From positions 101,619 through 165,618 of the forward strand of contig CAVTFF010000003.1 in the NCBI GenBank assembly GCA_963733985.1: 64,000 nucleotides of DNA, read 5' to 3'. The notes under the pieces were generated by a model that was not told the origin of the DNA, searched no databases, and saw only the letters and a list, made by a program, of their open reading frames with translations. This DNA comes from an uncultured beta proteobacterium. GTDB taxonomy: Bacteria > Pseudomonadota > Gammaproteobacteria > Burkholderiales > Casimicrobiaceae. Position numbers and translations under genes: made by a program. Shown here one piece after another: positions 13,015 through 22,383 of this stretch. Position 1 is the stretch's first letter. Every line of letters begins with the position of its first letter.

Positions 13015-13073
13015 ATCGCTCGGCGACGCGCCCTTCGGGCCTTGCCTCGGCCTCGCGGCCGAGGCCGCCTCTC
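13015..13073 (-). repeat. partial family B repeat plus hairpin directly after the tamB stop
   Basis: Minus strand, after TGA (13076-13074): stem GCCTCGGCC-gcga-GGCCGAGGC (13065..13044), then CAAGGCCCGAAGGGCGCGTCGCCGAGCG. The latter matches the family B core CAAGGCCCGAAGGGCGCGTCTGCGAGCG. Confidence 0.6.
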
Positions 13074-16000
13074 TCATTCGAACGTGCGCCGGTAGTAAAG
13101 ACCGAAGCCGCTGACGGTGCCGGCTTCTGCGCGCAACGTCAGCGATCCGGTGAGGTTGTATTCGAGACGCAGCGCATTGGTCGCGACCGTAAGTCCCTGC
13201 TCGTAGACGATCGCCAGGTTTTCGGACAGCCGCTTTCCCACCGCCATGACCTGGCCCTCGGCGTCGGGCTGGCCGCTTCCGCGCGCGGCCACCTGCGCGC
13301 TCTTGAACGAGATGTCGTCGAGGCCGAAGCGCTGCGCGATCGTCTGCGTGACCGGTTTCGCGTTGGGCCCGAGCAGCGCCGCGGACGCGGCCTGCAGTGC
13401 GGCGACGTCGGTGCCCCCGGTCCGATCGAGGCTGTGCCCGAGCACGAGCCACGCGAGCTTGTCGGCGTCGGGGACCGGCGGCCGCGACGTCAACTGGACG
13501 ATGGGTACCTTGACCGTCCCGGTGACCGCGACACCCGCTTCGACGGTGAGGTTCTTGCGCAGCGCGACGATATCGAGCCCGGGATTGTCGAGAGGCCCGT
13601 CGAAAATGAGACGGCCGGGGTCGATGACGAGCCGCTGGCCGTACGCGAAATACGTTCCGTTCACCGTGCGAATCGAGCCTTTGCCGGTAAGGCCCGAAGG
13701 ACCGCTCGCGACACGGATGTTTCCGGCGAGGCCGGTTTCGAGGCCGCGGCCCGAGAATCGCAGCTGGTCGCCAAAATCGAGGTCGAGATCGAGCGAGAGA
13801 GGAATGTCGGCGCCGGCCGGTGTTTCCGCCGTCTTGCGCGGCCAGCCGACAACGACGACGTCGTCGCCGAGCGTGGCTGTCGGGTCGGTGTCGTACGCGA
13901 TGCGGCCTTCGTCGGCTTTGAGCTTGCCGTTCAAAGCGAGCTTGCGGTTCTCCGACGTGACGCGGCCTTCGCCCGACACGACGAGGTGAAGGTCGGGCCG
14001 GTTGAAGACGCGAAAGCGCTCGGCGTGCCACGTGAGATGCGCCGTCGGCGTGCGCGCGCCTTGCAGGGGTGCATCGACAGTCCCGGACGCACGAAAGGTG
14101 CCCGCACCCGCGGCGAGCGAAAGCTCTTCGAGGACCAGGCTTCGCTCGCGGAACCGCGCACTCACGCGGCCGTCGACGAAGTGCAGTCCGTACTGGGGCG
14201 CGTCGACGCGGAGCGCTTCGCCGGTGAGCGTTCCGGAGAGCGGCGCGTGACCGATCGTCCCCTTGGCTGCGACGTCGACGCGCGCGCGGCCGTCGATGGC
14301 GGCGACCGTGCCGACCCAGGGCTGCAACGGCTGCAGCGTCGCGAGCTCGGCATGGATCGAGAGGTCGAGCGGAGCGTCCGCGGCGATGCGTCCCGGTGTG
14401 GCGAGCGCGACGGCGCCGATCGCGAGCTTCGCGTCCGCGGAACCGGCGCGCGTCGACCGAAACGTTGCCGTCGCGTCGATCGCGTCGTCGGCGAAACGCG
14501 CAGAGGCTTCGAGCGCGGTGATGCCCGCGGACGAAGACTGGCTGTCGGTCGTCGCATTCGGCGCAATCCATAGGTCGCCACTTTCGCGGCGGACAGCGAC
14601 CGTCCCGTTCAAGCGCGGCGTCGCGGCGAGCGACCAGTCGCCGCCGAGGGTGACGGTCGACGCGAAGGGAAGCCGCCTGCCGGACAAGCGCGCGAGGGCC
14701 GCCAGCGGAACCGCGTTGACGCTGCCCCGTGTCGAGATTCGTCCATTGTCCCAGACGAATTCGCCTATCCGCAGATTGCCGTTGGCGATCGCAACCTGCG
14801 TTTCGCCCAGCTGCAGCCGACCTGGCGCGAGCGAAAGCGAAGTGGGCGGCGAGCCGTGCCGGCCACGGGCCCCGGTTCTCGAACGCATCGAGCGTGCCCG
14901 ACCACGACGCAGCGGAAAGGTCGCCGCCGCCGATATCGCGAAGACTCCCGTGCGCCTTTGCATCGAGGTCGAGATCGTCGGCGCGCAACGTGATCTCGAT
15001 CGCATGTTGCGCGAGCGACCCGGCAACGGACCCGTGGGCGCTCGCGAATTTGCCGTAGGGCGCGACCGCGTCCTTCGCGTCGATGGCGATGGTGAGGTTG
15101 CGCGACGCAAATGTCTTGTCCGTGTCCGCGGCGCTCCCCGGTGCGAGCGTGGCGCGCACCGACAGGGCGCCGACAGCAAGCGTCGGATCGATCGTAAGCG
15201 CGTTGGCGTGAATGACGATCTCGATGCCGGCCTGCGGCCACGTCCCGCTCCCCTCGGCTTTCGCGTTCAGCGCGCCGGTGAGGCTCCGCGGGACGCGGGA
15301 CTGGAGCAGCGGCGCGAGCTCGGCGAGATGCGGTGCGTCGAGTGTCGCTGTCATCCGGTCGCCGGGCCCGCCATAACTGCCCGTCGCGACGAGACTTGCC
15401 GATCCGACGTGCAAGTCGATCGCCGCTTCGCGGATGAACGTGCGCGCGAAGGTGCCGTGGGCGCTCCCCGACATCGCGACACCGGCGAGCCGGCTGCCGG
15501 CGGCAATCGACGCGTCGCCGGCAATCCGCCATGTCGGTTGCAAAACGCCGGTGCCGGCGAGCTTGCCATCGAGCGTTCCCGCCGGAAACGCACCGAAGCG
15601 CGAGGGATCGAACCTCGTTGCTCTGGCGTCGACTGTGAATGCCCGCTCCCCGTCGAGCGCGACGTGGCCGCGCATATCGAGCTCCGCGTTGCCGGAGCTG
15701 GCGCGGAAGCGTTCGACAGCGACGACCCGGTCGGCGATCGTCGCAGCAAACGAGAGCGCGAGTCCGCGCGTCAATTGCCGATCGACGAGATCGCCGCTCA
15801 CGCTTCTACGCGTCGCGCCGAGCTCAGCCGAAATGCTGCCGGCGAGGCGCGTCGTAACGAGCGGCGCATAGATTCGCCGCAGGTCGAGGTCGCGCACGTC
15901 GAGCGCCCAGGTGCTCCCCGGGGCGTCGCCGGCGAGCGTGATTCGCGCGCGCCCAACGGCCCTTCCCCCGCCTTCGAGCTCGGCCGCAATGTCGTCAAAC

Positions 16001-17007
16001 GCAATCGCGTCCGCCTGCCAGGCGAAGCGTGCGGAGAGCGTGCGCACCGGCGTCCTCCCGGCGTCGAGGTTGCCGGGGAGCGTGTTGGTCGCGGTGAATT
16101 CGCCGGCGAGCCCGCCCGGAGCAGGCTGCGCGCGCGCAGCGACGGCGAGCCGCGTCGTCGGCAGCGATGGATCCCACGCAACGAGATCGAGGTCACGGAC
16201 GTCGATCGAGAGTTCGCGCAGTGGAACCGCCTCGAGTGGTGCAAAGGCCGCGCGCGCGCTTCCCTTCGCGATCCCCGCCGCGACCTTTGCCTCGACGGCG
16301 AGCGCTCGCAGCGTGCCGGTGACATCGACGTCGGCGCGCGCCTGCTGCCGGACATTCCCAGCATAGGCGACATGCCCTGCGACCGGAAACGGCGTGCGAG
16401 TCCCGAGCTTCGCCTCGCCGTTAAACGCGCCACCGGCCGTCGTCATCGTGAGGCCGGTGATGCGGTGCTCGATCGCGCTGCCGCGGTACCCGAAAGTAAG
16501 GCCTTTGACGGTGCCTTCCGTTGCGCCGAGACGCCAGTGGAGCTCTGCAACGCCGAGCCGCTCGATCGTGACGTCGATCGGCAATGCGAGATCGTCGGGG
16601 AGCGCGTGAGCCGAGCTGTCGGAGCGCGCGAATTCGAGCGTCAGTTGTTGCGCGCCCAATCCGTCGACGACGATCCCGCGTGACCACAACATCGACGGCC
16701 GCCACGTCAGCGCGACGTCGGTGGCCGTCACCGTTGCGACCGGGCCGCGCCAGACGATGCGCTTCGCGCGCACGGTGTCGATGAGTACGCCGCTCGCGCC
16801 GTCGATCTCGAGCGCGCCGCCGCTGCGCGCGACGAGCTCGCCGACGAGCCAGGCGACACCGGTCTCACGGGTGAGGAGCGTAAAGCTCGTGGCGAGGAGG
16901 AGGACGGCGAAGGCGACGAGGATCGTGAGCGAGAGCGCAACCCCCCGCCGCAGCGCGCGCCTCGGGCGCGCCGAACGTGGGGCCGGGGTGACGGGCTTGG
17001 CGGCCAT
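13074..17007 (-). CDS. tamB: TamB-like translocation and assembly module protein (AsmA/DUF490 family; one frame disruption)
   Basis: About 1310 aa. N-terminal anchor ...GVALSLTILVAFAVLLLATSF, a long Gly/Ala/Thr-rich beta-rich body, and a DUF490-like C-terminus ...LRLEYNLTGSLTLRAEAGTVSGFGLYYRRTFE. Frame change near 14830. The ATG at 17007 overlaps the tamA stop by 1 nt. Confidence 0.8.
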
Positions 17008-18806
17008 CAGAACGAGAGGCCGACGGAAAAATGGACGCGGACCTTGTGCACGTCCTGGCCGTAGGCGAGATCGAGGCGGAACGGGCCGAGCGGCGTGCGT
17101 ACGCGCAAGCCCGCGCCGTAGCCGAGCGCGAGATGAACGTCTTTGGGCGAATCGGTGGCATTGCCGGCATCGACAAATGCGGCGAGACCCCACGCGCTTC
17201 CGATCCAGCGGATCGCTTCGGCATTGAATACCGCGTAATAACGGCCCGGAACCGTCGCGTCACCCTGTTGCACGCCGAGACTTTCGAACGCGTAACCGCG
17301 GACCGTCGTGTCGCCACCCGTACGAAACAGGAGCGCCGAAGGGATGCCATTGCGCGTAGGCGCGAGAACGGCTCCGCCTTGCGCGCGGAGCTGCAGCTCG
17401 CTCACGCGATCGAGCGGAATCCAGGTGGCGAACCTGCCGATCACCCGGCCAAAACCGCGCGTGGAGACGCCGGGGATTCCACCGCCGCCCTGCACGTTCG
17501 CGATCCATCCCGTCGACGGCGCGACGAGATTGTCGACGCGCCGCCAGTAGCGCTCGTACTCGCCGTAGAGCGCGTGCGAGCGCTCGAACGGCGCGCCCGC
17601 CGGCTGCTGTTCGTCGAGGTAGAACGTCCCGGAAACGGCGCGCTCGTTGCCCTCCTCGATCGTATGCCAGCGTGTGCCGGCGTCGGCGGTCCGGGTGACG
17701 AGTCCCTCGATGTCGGTGCGCTTCGCTTCCGCCGAATAGGTGCCGATCCAGCCGCTGTCGTTCGGCGGCTGGGTGAAGCGCACGAGCACGGACTGCAGCT
17801 TGGTCTCGAGTCGCCCCTCTACAAGCAGTTGCAGTCCTCGGCCGTCGATGTCGACGTGGCGATAGGTCGCATCGCCGCGAAACTGGACGTCGGTCGAATA
17901 GCCGACCCCGCCCTCGATGCGCTGGCTCGGCGCCTCGATGACCGCGACTTTCACCGTCGCGTCGTCCGGGTGTTCGGAATCGGGATCGATCGCCGCCTGC
18001 GCGCTCGCGAAGTATCCGGACGCGTTCAGCCGCCGCACGTACCGCAGGAGCTCCGTCGCGTCGTAAGGCTCGCCCGGCTCGAGCGTGCTGAAGTTTTGCA
18101 CCAGCGAAGCCGGATATTTGGACAGACCGGTGATTTCCAGCTGGCCGAAACGGAACGCGGGCCCGCTCGCGAATTCGACGGAGAGTTCCGCCGAGTGGTG
18201 ATCGGGATCGATCAGCGCCTCGCTTTTTTCGATCTTGGCGGCGGCGTACGGGCTTGCGGCGAGCAGCGTCAGCGCGTTCTCCTTGGCGGCAGACCATGCC
18301 GGTTGCCGGAAGATCTGGCCCGCTGGGAGGGCCCAGTCGCGCTTGAGCTTCGCGATGGCATCGGTGCCGCGCGGAACGTCGGTGGCGGCCGGACCCGTGA
18401 CGGTAAGATGGACAGCGGTGACGCGTACCGGTTCGCCGAGCTTGACGGCGAGCGTGACCGTCGCGGGCTTCGCCGCGCGGTCGACGACGACCTCCACCGC
18501 AGGCGAAAAAAAACCTTCGGCGGCCGCTGCATTTCGCGTCTCGTCGATCGCCTCGCGCGCGAGCCGGTCGAAGAGCTCGTCGGTCATCTCGACATAATCC
18601 TGCCACCGGACGAGGCCGACATCGCGGGCGAGCGTTTCCTTGAGCGGCGACGGCGCATCGATGGTGACGCGATACGCGAACGCGGACTCCGCCGTCGCCG
18701 CGTCGGCCGCCCGCGCGTCAGCGGTGAGCAAGCTCGCCGACGCCAGCGCCAGCGCGAGAAGCCGTGATATCGAGTGATGCAGCAGAGATGCAGCAGGATG
18801 CGGCAC
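17007..18806 (-). CDS. tamA: TamA-like Omp85/BamA-family outer-membrane protein
   Basis: Intact ORF. Signal peptide SRLLALALASASLLTADA, POTRA-like N-terminus, and a beta-barrel ending ...VRVHFSVGLSF. The start is set at GTG 18806 and is uncertain; no strong SD. Confidence 0.8.
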   Translation of the reverse strand: MPHPAASLLHHSISRLLALALASASLLTADARAADAATAESAFAYRVTIDAPSPLKETLARDVGLVRWQDYVEMTDELFDRLAREAIDETRNAAAAEGFFSPAVEVVVDRAAKPATVTLAVKLGEPVRVTAVHLTVTGPAATDVPRGTDAIAKLKRDWALPAGQIFRQPAWSAAKENALTLLAASPYAAAKIEKSEALIDPDHHSAELSVEFASGPAFRFGQLEITGLSKYPASLVQNFSTLEPGEPYDATELLRYVRRLNASGYFASAQAAIDPDSEHPDDATVKVAVIEAPSQRIEGGVGYSTDVQFRGDATYRHVDIDGRGLQLLVEGRLETKLQSVLVRFTQPPNDSGWIGTYSAEAKRTDIEGLVTRTADAGTRWHTIEEGNERAVSGTFYLDEQQPAGAPFERSHALYGEYERYWRRVDNLVAPSTGWIANVQGGGGIPGVSTRGFGRVIGRFATWIPLDRVSELQLRAQGGAVLAPTRNGIPSALLFRTGGDTTVRGYAFESLGVQQGDATVPGRYYAVFNAEAIRWIGSAWGLAAFVDAGNATDSPKDVHLALGYGAGLRVRTPLGPFRLDLAYGQDVHKVRVHFSVGLSF

Positions 18807-19098
18807 AGCGGGGATTATCGTCGATCGAGCTCGCGCCCTGCGTCGCCTTGCGCGCCGGTCCAAGCTCGAGGTCGCGCGGCGCAGGTGCCGGCGGCAGTTC
18901 GCGGCGGGGAGCCGCGGGAAGGTCGGGCACCGGCTGACGCGGCCAGTCGAGATTCCAGTGGACGCCGGGCGGATCGCCAAAGCCCCACAGGCCAATGCCC
19001 ACACGCGAGACGCCGGCTTTGTCGTAGCGGATCGCGCAGCCCGAAAAAAATAGGGCAGTGGCGATGAGGGCCGCGATCGCGGAGCCAGTCGGACGCAT
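18718..19098 (-). CDS. putative small lipoprotein
   Basis: MRPTGSAIAALIATALFFSGCAIRYDK... has a lipobox (FFSGC) 12 nt after the upstream gene's stop. Its 3' end overlaps the predicted tamA start by about 90 nt, so either the end or the tamA start is wrong. Confidence 0.35.
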   Translation of the reverse strand: MRPTGSAIAALIATALFFSGCAIRYDKAGVSRVGIGLWGFGDPPGVHWNLDWPRQPVPDLPAAPRRELPPAPAPRDLELGPARKATQGASSIDDNPRCAASCCISAASLDITASRAGAGVGELAHR

Positions 19099-19109
19099 GG
19101 CAGGCGCGC

Positions 19110-20033
19110 TCAGAAGCGATAGACAAGCGTCGCGCCCAGCGCCGGTCCGATCTTGTAGTTGTCGCTGTAACGCCCGCTTCCATTCGAACTGTCGACGGTG
19201 AGCTTGCCGGCGGTTGCGAGCGCGCCGTAGAAGTCGAGTCGAACCTCCTTCGTCATCTTGCGCGTGACGCGCAGGAACAAGGGAATGAAGCTGTTCTCGC
19301 CGATGCCATCGGGCGTGGGGCCGGATTCGCTGAGGCGGAAGCGGTAGCTGCGGTAGGTGAGACCTTCGGCGATTTCCCAGCGCTCGTCCGGCGCATAGAT
19401 GACTTCGACGCCGGCGCCGCCCGTGGGGCCCGCCTGGAACGGATTCGCGACGCGCCACTTGTCGTTGATCCTCCAGTCGATCACGAGGAACGGCAGTCCC
19501 TGCGTCTTGTCGATCCGCCGGAACACACCGATGCCGATGCCGAGGAGGACATCCGGCGAGAACGCCTTTGCCGCCGACGCAATCGCGCCATACGTGAGCG
19601 CCTTGCTCGTGTCTGCCCCGTTCTCGAATCCCCACTCGATGGTCGGCGTGAGCGCAAGGAAGAGGTCGGGCGCATACGCGTAGCGGATGGGAAGTCCGAC
19701 ACTCGGTGCATTGACGTTGTTCCACGGCGCGACGCCGCCGAATGCCGCCGGCGCATTGAAATTCCACGATTGGTAGTCGTAGCGCACGAGAAGTCCGGCC
19801 GATGTCTGCGGCGTGAACTGGCGGGTCACCGTCGCAGCCGCGAGCCCACCGGCCCAGTTGAGCCGGCCGCCGGCATCCAGATTCGAGTTGAACTGCATGA
19901 AACCGGTGAGCGATGCCGTCGCGCTGACCTCCGCGCCCGGTGCGCCTTGCGCGAGGCAGGCGCGGTACGCAGCGGCAACGGCAGTGGTGACGAGGACGAT
20001 GACGGCGAGGCGAGCGCGGAGGCGGGACGACAT
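19110..20033 (-). CDS. hypothetical outer-membrane beta-barrel protein
   Basis: 307 aa, intact. Signal peptide ...VLVTTAVAAAYRACLAQGA, alternating beta-strand-like pattern, and terminal ...GATLVYRF (aromatic C-terminus). Confidence 0.55.
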   Translation of the reverse strand: MSSRLRARLAVIVLVTTAVAAAYRACLAQGAPGAEVSATASLTGFMQFNSNLDAGGRLNWAGGLAAATVTRQFTPQTSAGLLVRYDYQSWNFNAPAAFGGVAPWNNVNAPSVGLPIRYAYAPDLFLALTPTIEWGFENGADTSKALTYGAIASAAKAFSPDVLLGIGIGVFRRIDKTQGLPFLVIDWRINDKWRVANPFQAGPTGGAGVEVIYAPDERWEIAEGLTYRSYRFRLSESGPTPDGIGENSFIPLFLRVTRKMTKEVRLDFYGALATAGKLTVDSSNGSGRYSDNYKIGPALGATLVYRF

Positions 20034-20453
20034 GCGCGAGCTCCAAAAGGCTACGGGGGATTTGCCGCGAATCGTGCGACGGGCCAGCGGATTGACCGGG
20101 CGGCGCGGCGGATTCTAACTGATCTCGGTCGACCTCCGGGCCAGCCGGCTGGCCATTCCGATGGCATGAAGCCACCCGACGTGTCATTTGTAACCCATGC
20201 CGGCCGAAATTGATTCCGCGGACACGAATTCGGGAAATCGAGATGCGCCTCCCGGCGCACCGCGCCTTCCCTTTCTCCGTCTGGGCGCGCTGCCAAAACC
20301 GAGTTTCGAACGTTCGTACGATTCATGTGTTAAGACACGATCTGCTTCCTCTGAAGTCACTTTCAGTTATCGATCTAAGTATCTGTTTAATATCATGGAA
20401 CTAGTTGACTACAACAAATGCGCTAAGTCATTGTTCGCAAACTGAAAAAAGGG

Positions 20454-20482
20454 TTGACCCCGTTTCTTTTGTTCCCTATAGT
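20454..20482 (+). promoter_or_regulatory. sigma70-type promoter of the dcw cluster (Pmra-like)
   Basis: TTGACC (20454-20459), 17-nt spacer, TATAGT (20477-20482). It lies at the end of an AT-rich tract, about 115 nt upstream of mraZ. Confidence 0.7.
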
Positions 20483-20515
20483 GGCGTCGGGTGGGAAAAA
20501 GTGGGTTCAGGTGGG
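20481..20515 (+). promoter_or_regulatory. phased GTGGG direct repeats, candidate MraZ operator
   Basis: GTGGC, GTGGG, GTGGG, GTGGG start at 20481, 20491, 20501 and 20511, an exact 10-bp period beginning inside the -10 element. E. coli MraZ is reported to bind phased GTGGG-type repeats next to its own promoter. Confidence 0.7.
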
Positions 20516-20595
20516 ACTTTCGGGCTGGCTGAGACCAATTGCCGCTCCGATTGTGAATAAGCACTTACTCACACCCGGCGAGGAGGGGCGACGAG

Positions 20596-21112
20596 GTGGC
20601 GCAGGGAGCGGGAATCTCGGCGGAGGGGAAAGACGCGAGTGCCGTCTTTCGCGGCGTCACGCATCTTGCGCTCGACGCCAAGGGCCGGCTCGCAATTCCG
20701 GCGCGCCATCGCGAAGCGCTCCTGCATCGTGCCGCCGATGCCCAGTCACCGACGCCCGGCGCGCTGGTCCTCACTGCCGATCCCGCGCGCTGTCTCCTCC
20801 TCTACCCGCGCGCCGTGTGGGAGCCGATCCAGGCGCGCCTGATGGCGCTGTCATCGTTCAGCGTCGAAATCCGCGGGCTCCAGCGCCTTCTCGTCGGGCA
20901 CGCCGACGACGTCGACTTGGACGGCAGCGGTCGCATCCTGATTCCGCCCGCGCTGCGCCAGTACGCGGCGCTCGATCACCATGTCGTGCTCGTCGGCCAA
21001 GGCAACAAGTTCGAGCTTTGGGACGAGGCGCAAGTGGCAGGAGCAAACCGCCCACACGATCACCTTTCCCGCCGGCGGCCTTCCGCCCGAGCTCGACGGG
21101 TTTTCGCTTTGA
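20596..21112 (+). CDS. mraZ: transcriptional regulator MraZ (one frame disruption)
   Basis: GTG 20596 lies 7 nt after AGGAGGGG. Two SpoVT/AbrB-like halves are present ([17 protein letters not shown] and [16 protein letters not shown]). Removing one A in GCGCAAGTGG (about 21031) restores ...[33 protein letters not shown] and the stop at 21110-21112. Confidence 0.85.
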
Positions 21113-22099
21113 TGCCCAATGGCGGACATGTCCCCGTTCTGCTCGAAGAAGCCGTCGCTGCGCTGGCCATCAAACCGGAAGGAACCTATGTCGACGCGAC
21201 GTTCGGCCGCGGAGGGCACGCGCGTCGCATCCTCGCCGCGCTGGCGGCGTCGGGCCGCGTGGTCGCGCTCGACCGCGATCCCGCCGCCGAAACCTCCGCG
21301 CAGGCGATCGATGACGCGCGCTTTACCTTCCGGCGTGCTTGGTTTTCGGAGCTGCCGCCGGTGCTCGCCGGTCTCGGCGTCGGCGCGGTCGATGGCGTGC
21401 TGCTCGACCTCGGCATTTCGTCGCCGCAGATCGACGACCCGGAACGCGGCTTCTCGCTGCGCGCCGACGGGCCGCTCGACATGCGGATGGATCCCGCGCG
21501 CGGCGAGTCCGCCGCCGCGTTCCTCGCCCGGGCCGATGGCGCGCGAACTCACGGAGGTGATACGCGACTATGGTGAAGAACGGTTTGCTCAATCGATTGC
21601 AAGAGCAATTATTGCGGCTCGCACGGTCGCGCCCATCGTCCGCACGCGGCAGCTGGCCGCGATCGTGGCCCAAGCCGTCCGCACGCGCCCGCGGGGTGAT
21701 TGGAGTCAGGATCCGGCCACGCGGACGTTTCAGGCTCTCCGGATTTTCGTCAATCGGGAGCTGGAGGAGCTCGCGTTGACGCTGCCGCGCATTGTTCCCC
21801 TGCTTCGTCCCGGCGGCCGGCTCGCGGTGATCAGCTTTCACTCGCTGGAGGATCGGATCGTCAAGCGCTTTTTCGCTTCGGCTTCGCAGCCATTCGGGGG
21901 CGATCCGCGACTCGCGCGCCTGCCGATCACCGCCGCGGCGCTGCCGGGGGCGCCGCTCGCCTCGGTCGGGCGCGCGATCCGACCCTCTCCGAACGAAGTC
22001 GCCGCCAATCCGCGTGCGCGCAGCGCAACCCTGCGGGTCGCCGCGCGCACGGCGCATCCGGTTCCGGCCGATTTCGGCCGCGAGACCGACGGCGGGTGA
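21112..22099 (+). CDS. rsmH: 16S rRNA (cytosine1402-N4)-methyltransferase RsmH (one frame disruption)
   Basis: The ATG overlaps the mraZ stop (TGATG). [52 protein letters not shown]. Frame change near 21540. Confidence 0.9.
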
Positions 22100-22106
22100 A
22101 TGGACC

Positions 22107-22383
22107 ATGGTGCGGCTCAATCTGCTGCTGCTCGCGGTGCTCGTCGCCTGCGCGCTGTCGCTCGTCACCTCGCGCTACCAGGCCCGAAAGCTCTTCGTCG
22201 ATCTCGAGCGCGCGCAGGCGGAGGCGCGCGGCTACGAAACCGAATATCGGTCAGCTGCAGCTCGAGCAGTCGACGTGGGCAGCGCCGTCCGCGAATCGAG
22301 AAGATCGCGCGTGCGCAGCTTCGCATGCAGCTTCCCGCCGCGACGCGCGTTCAGGTCGTGCCGCCGGGGGGCGGAGCCGATGA
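22107..22383 (+). CDS. ftsL: cell division protein FtsL (frame-disrupted)
   Basis: MVRLNLLLLAVLVACALSLVTSRYQARKLFVDLERAQAEARGYETEY...LQLEQSTWAAPSRIEKIARAQLRM...; single TM plus coiled coil. At least 2 frame changes. The stop at 22381-22383 overlaps the ftsI ATG. Confidence 0.7.

Noticed and set aside
13044-13065. The hairpin after tamB as a canonical intrinsic terminator.
   Set aside because: The stem is good, but no U-tract follows on the tamB strand. I treat it as part of the repeat element instead.
20051-20445. ORFs 20051..20326 (-), 20197..20445 (+) and 20210..20404 (+) as possible genes in the dcw upstream gap.
   Set aside because: They have weak third-position GC compared with every confident gene here, no SD, and no recognisable motif. 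They partly lie in the AT-rich island.
20034-20453. RNase P RNA or another known ncRNA upstream of mraZ. From memory, rnpB sits near mraZ in some gammaproteobacteria.
   Set aside because: I searched both strands by eye for the universally conserved GGAAAGTCCGGGC-type P4 region and found nothing resembling it. No other recognisable RNA signature was seen. The region remains listed as unexplained.
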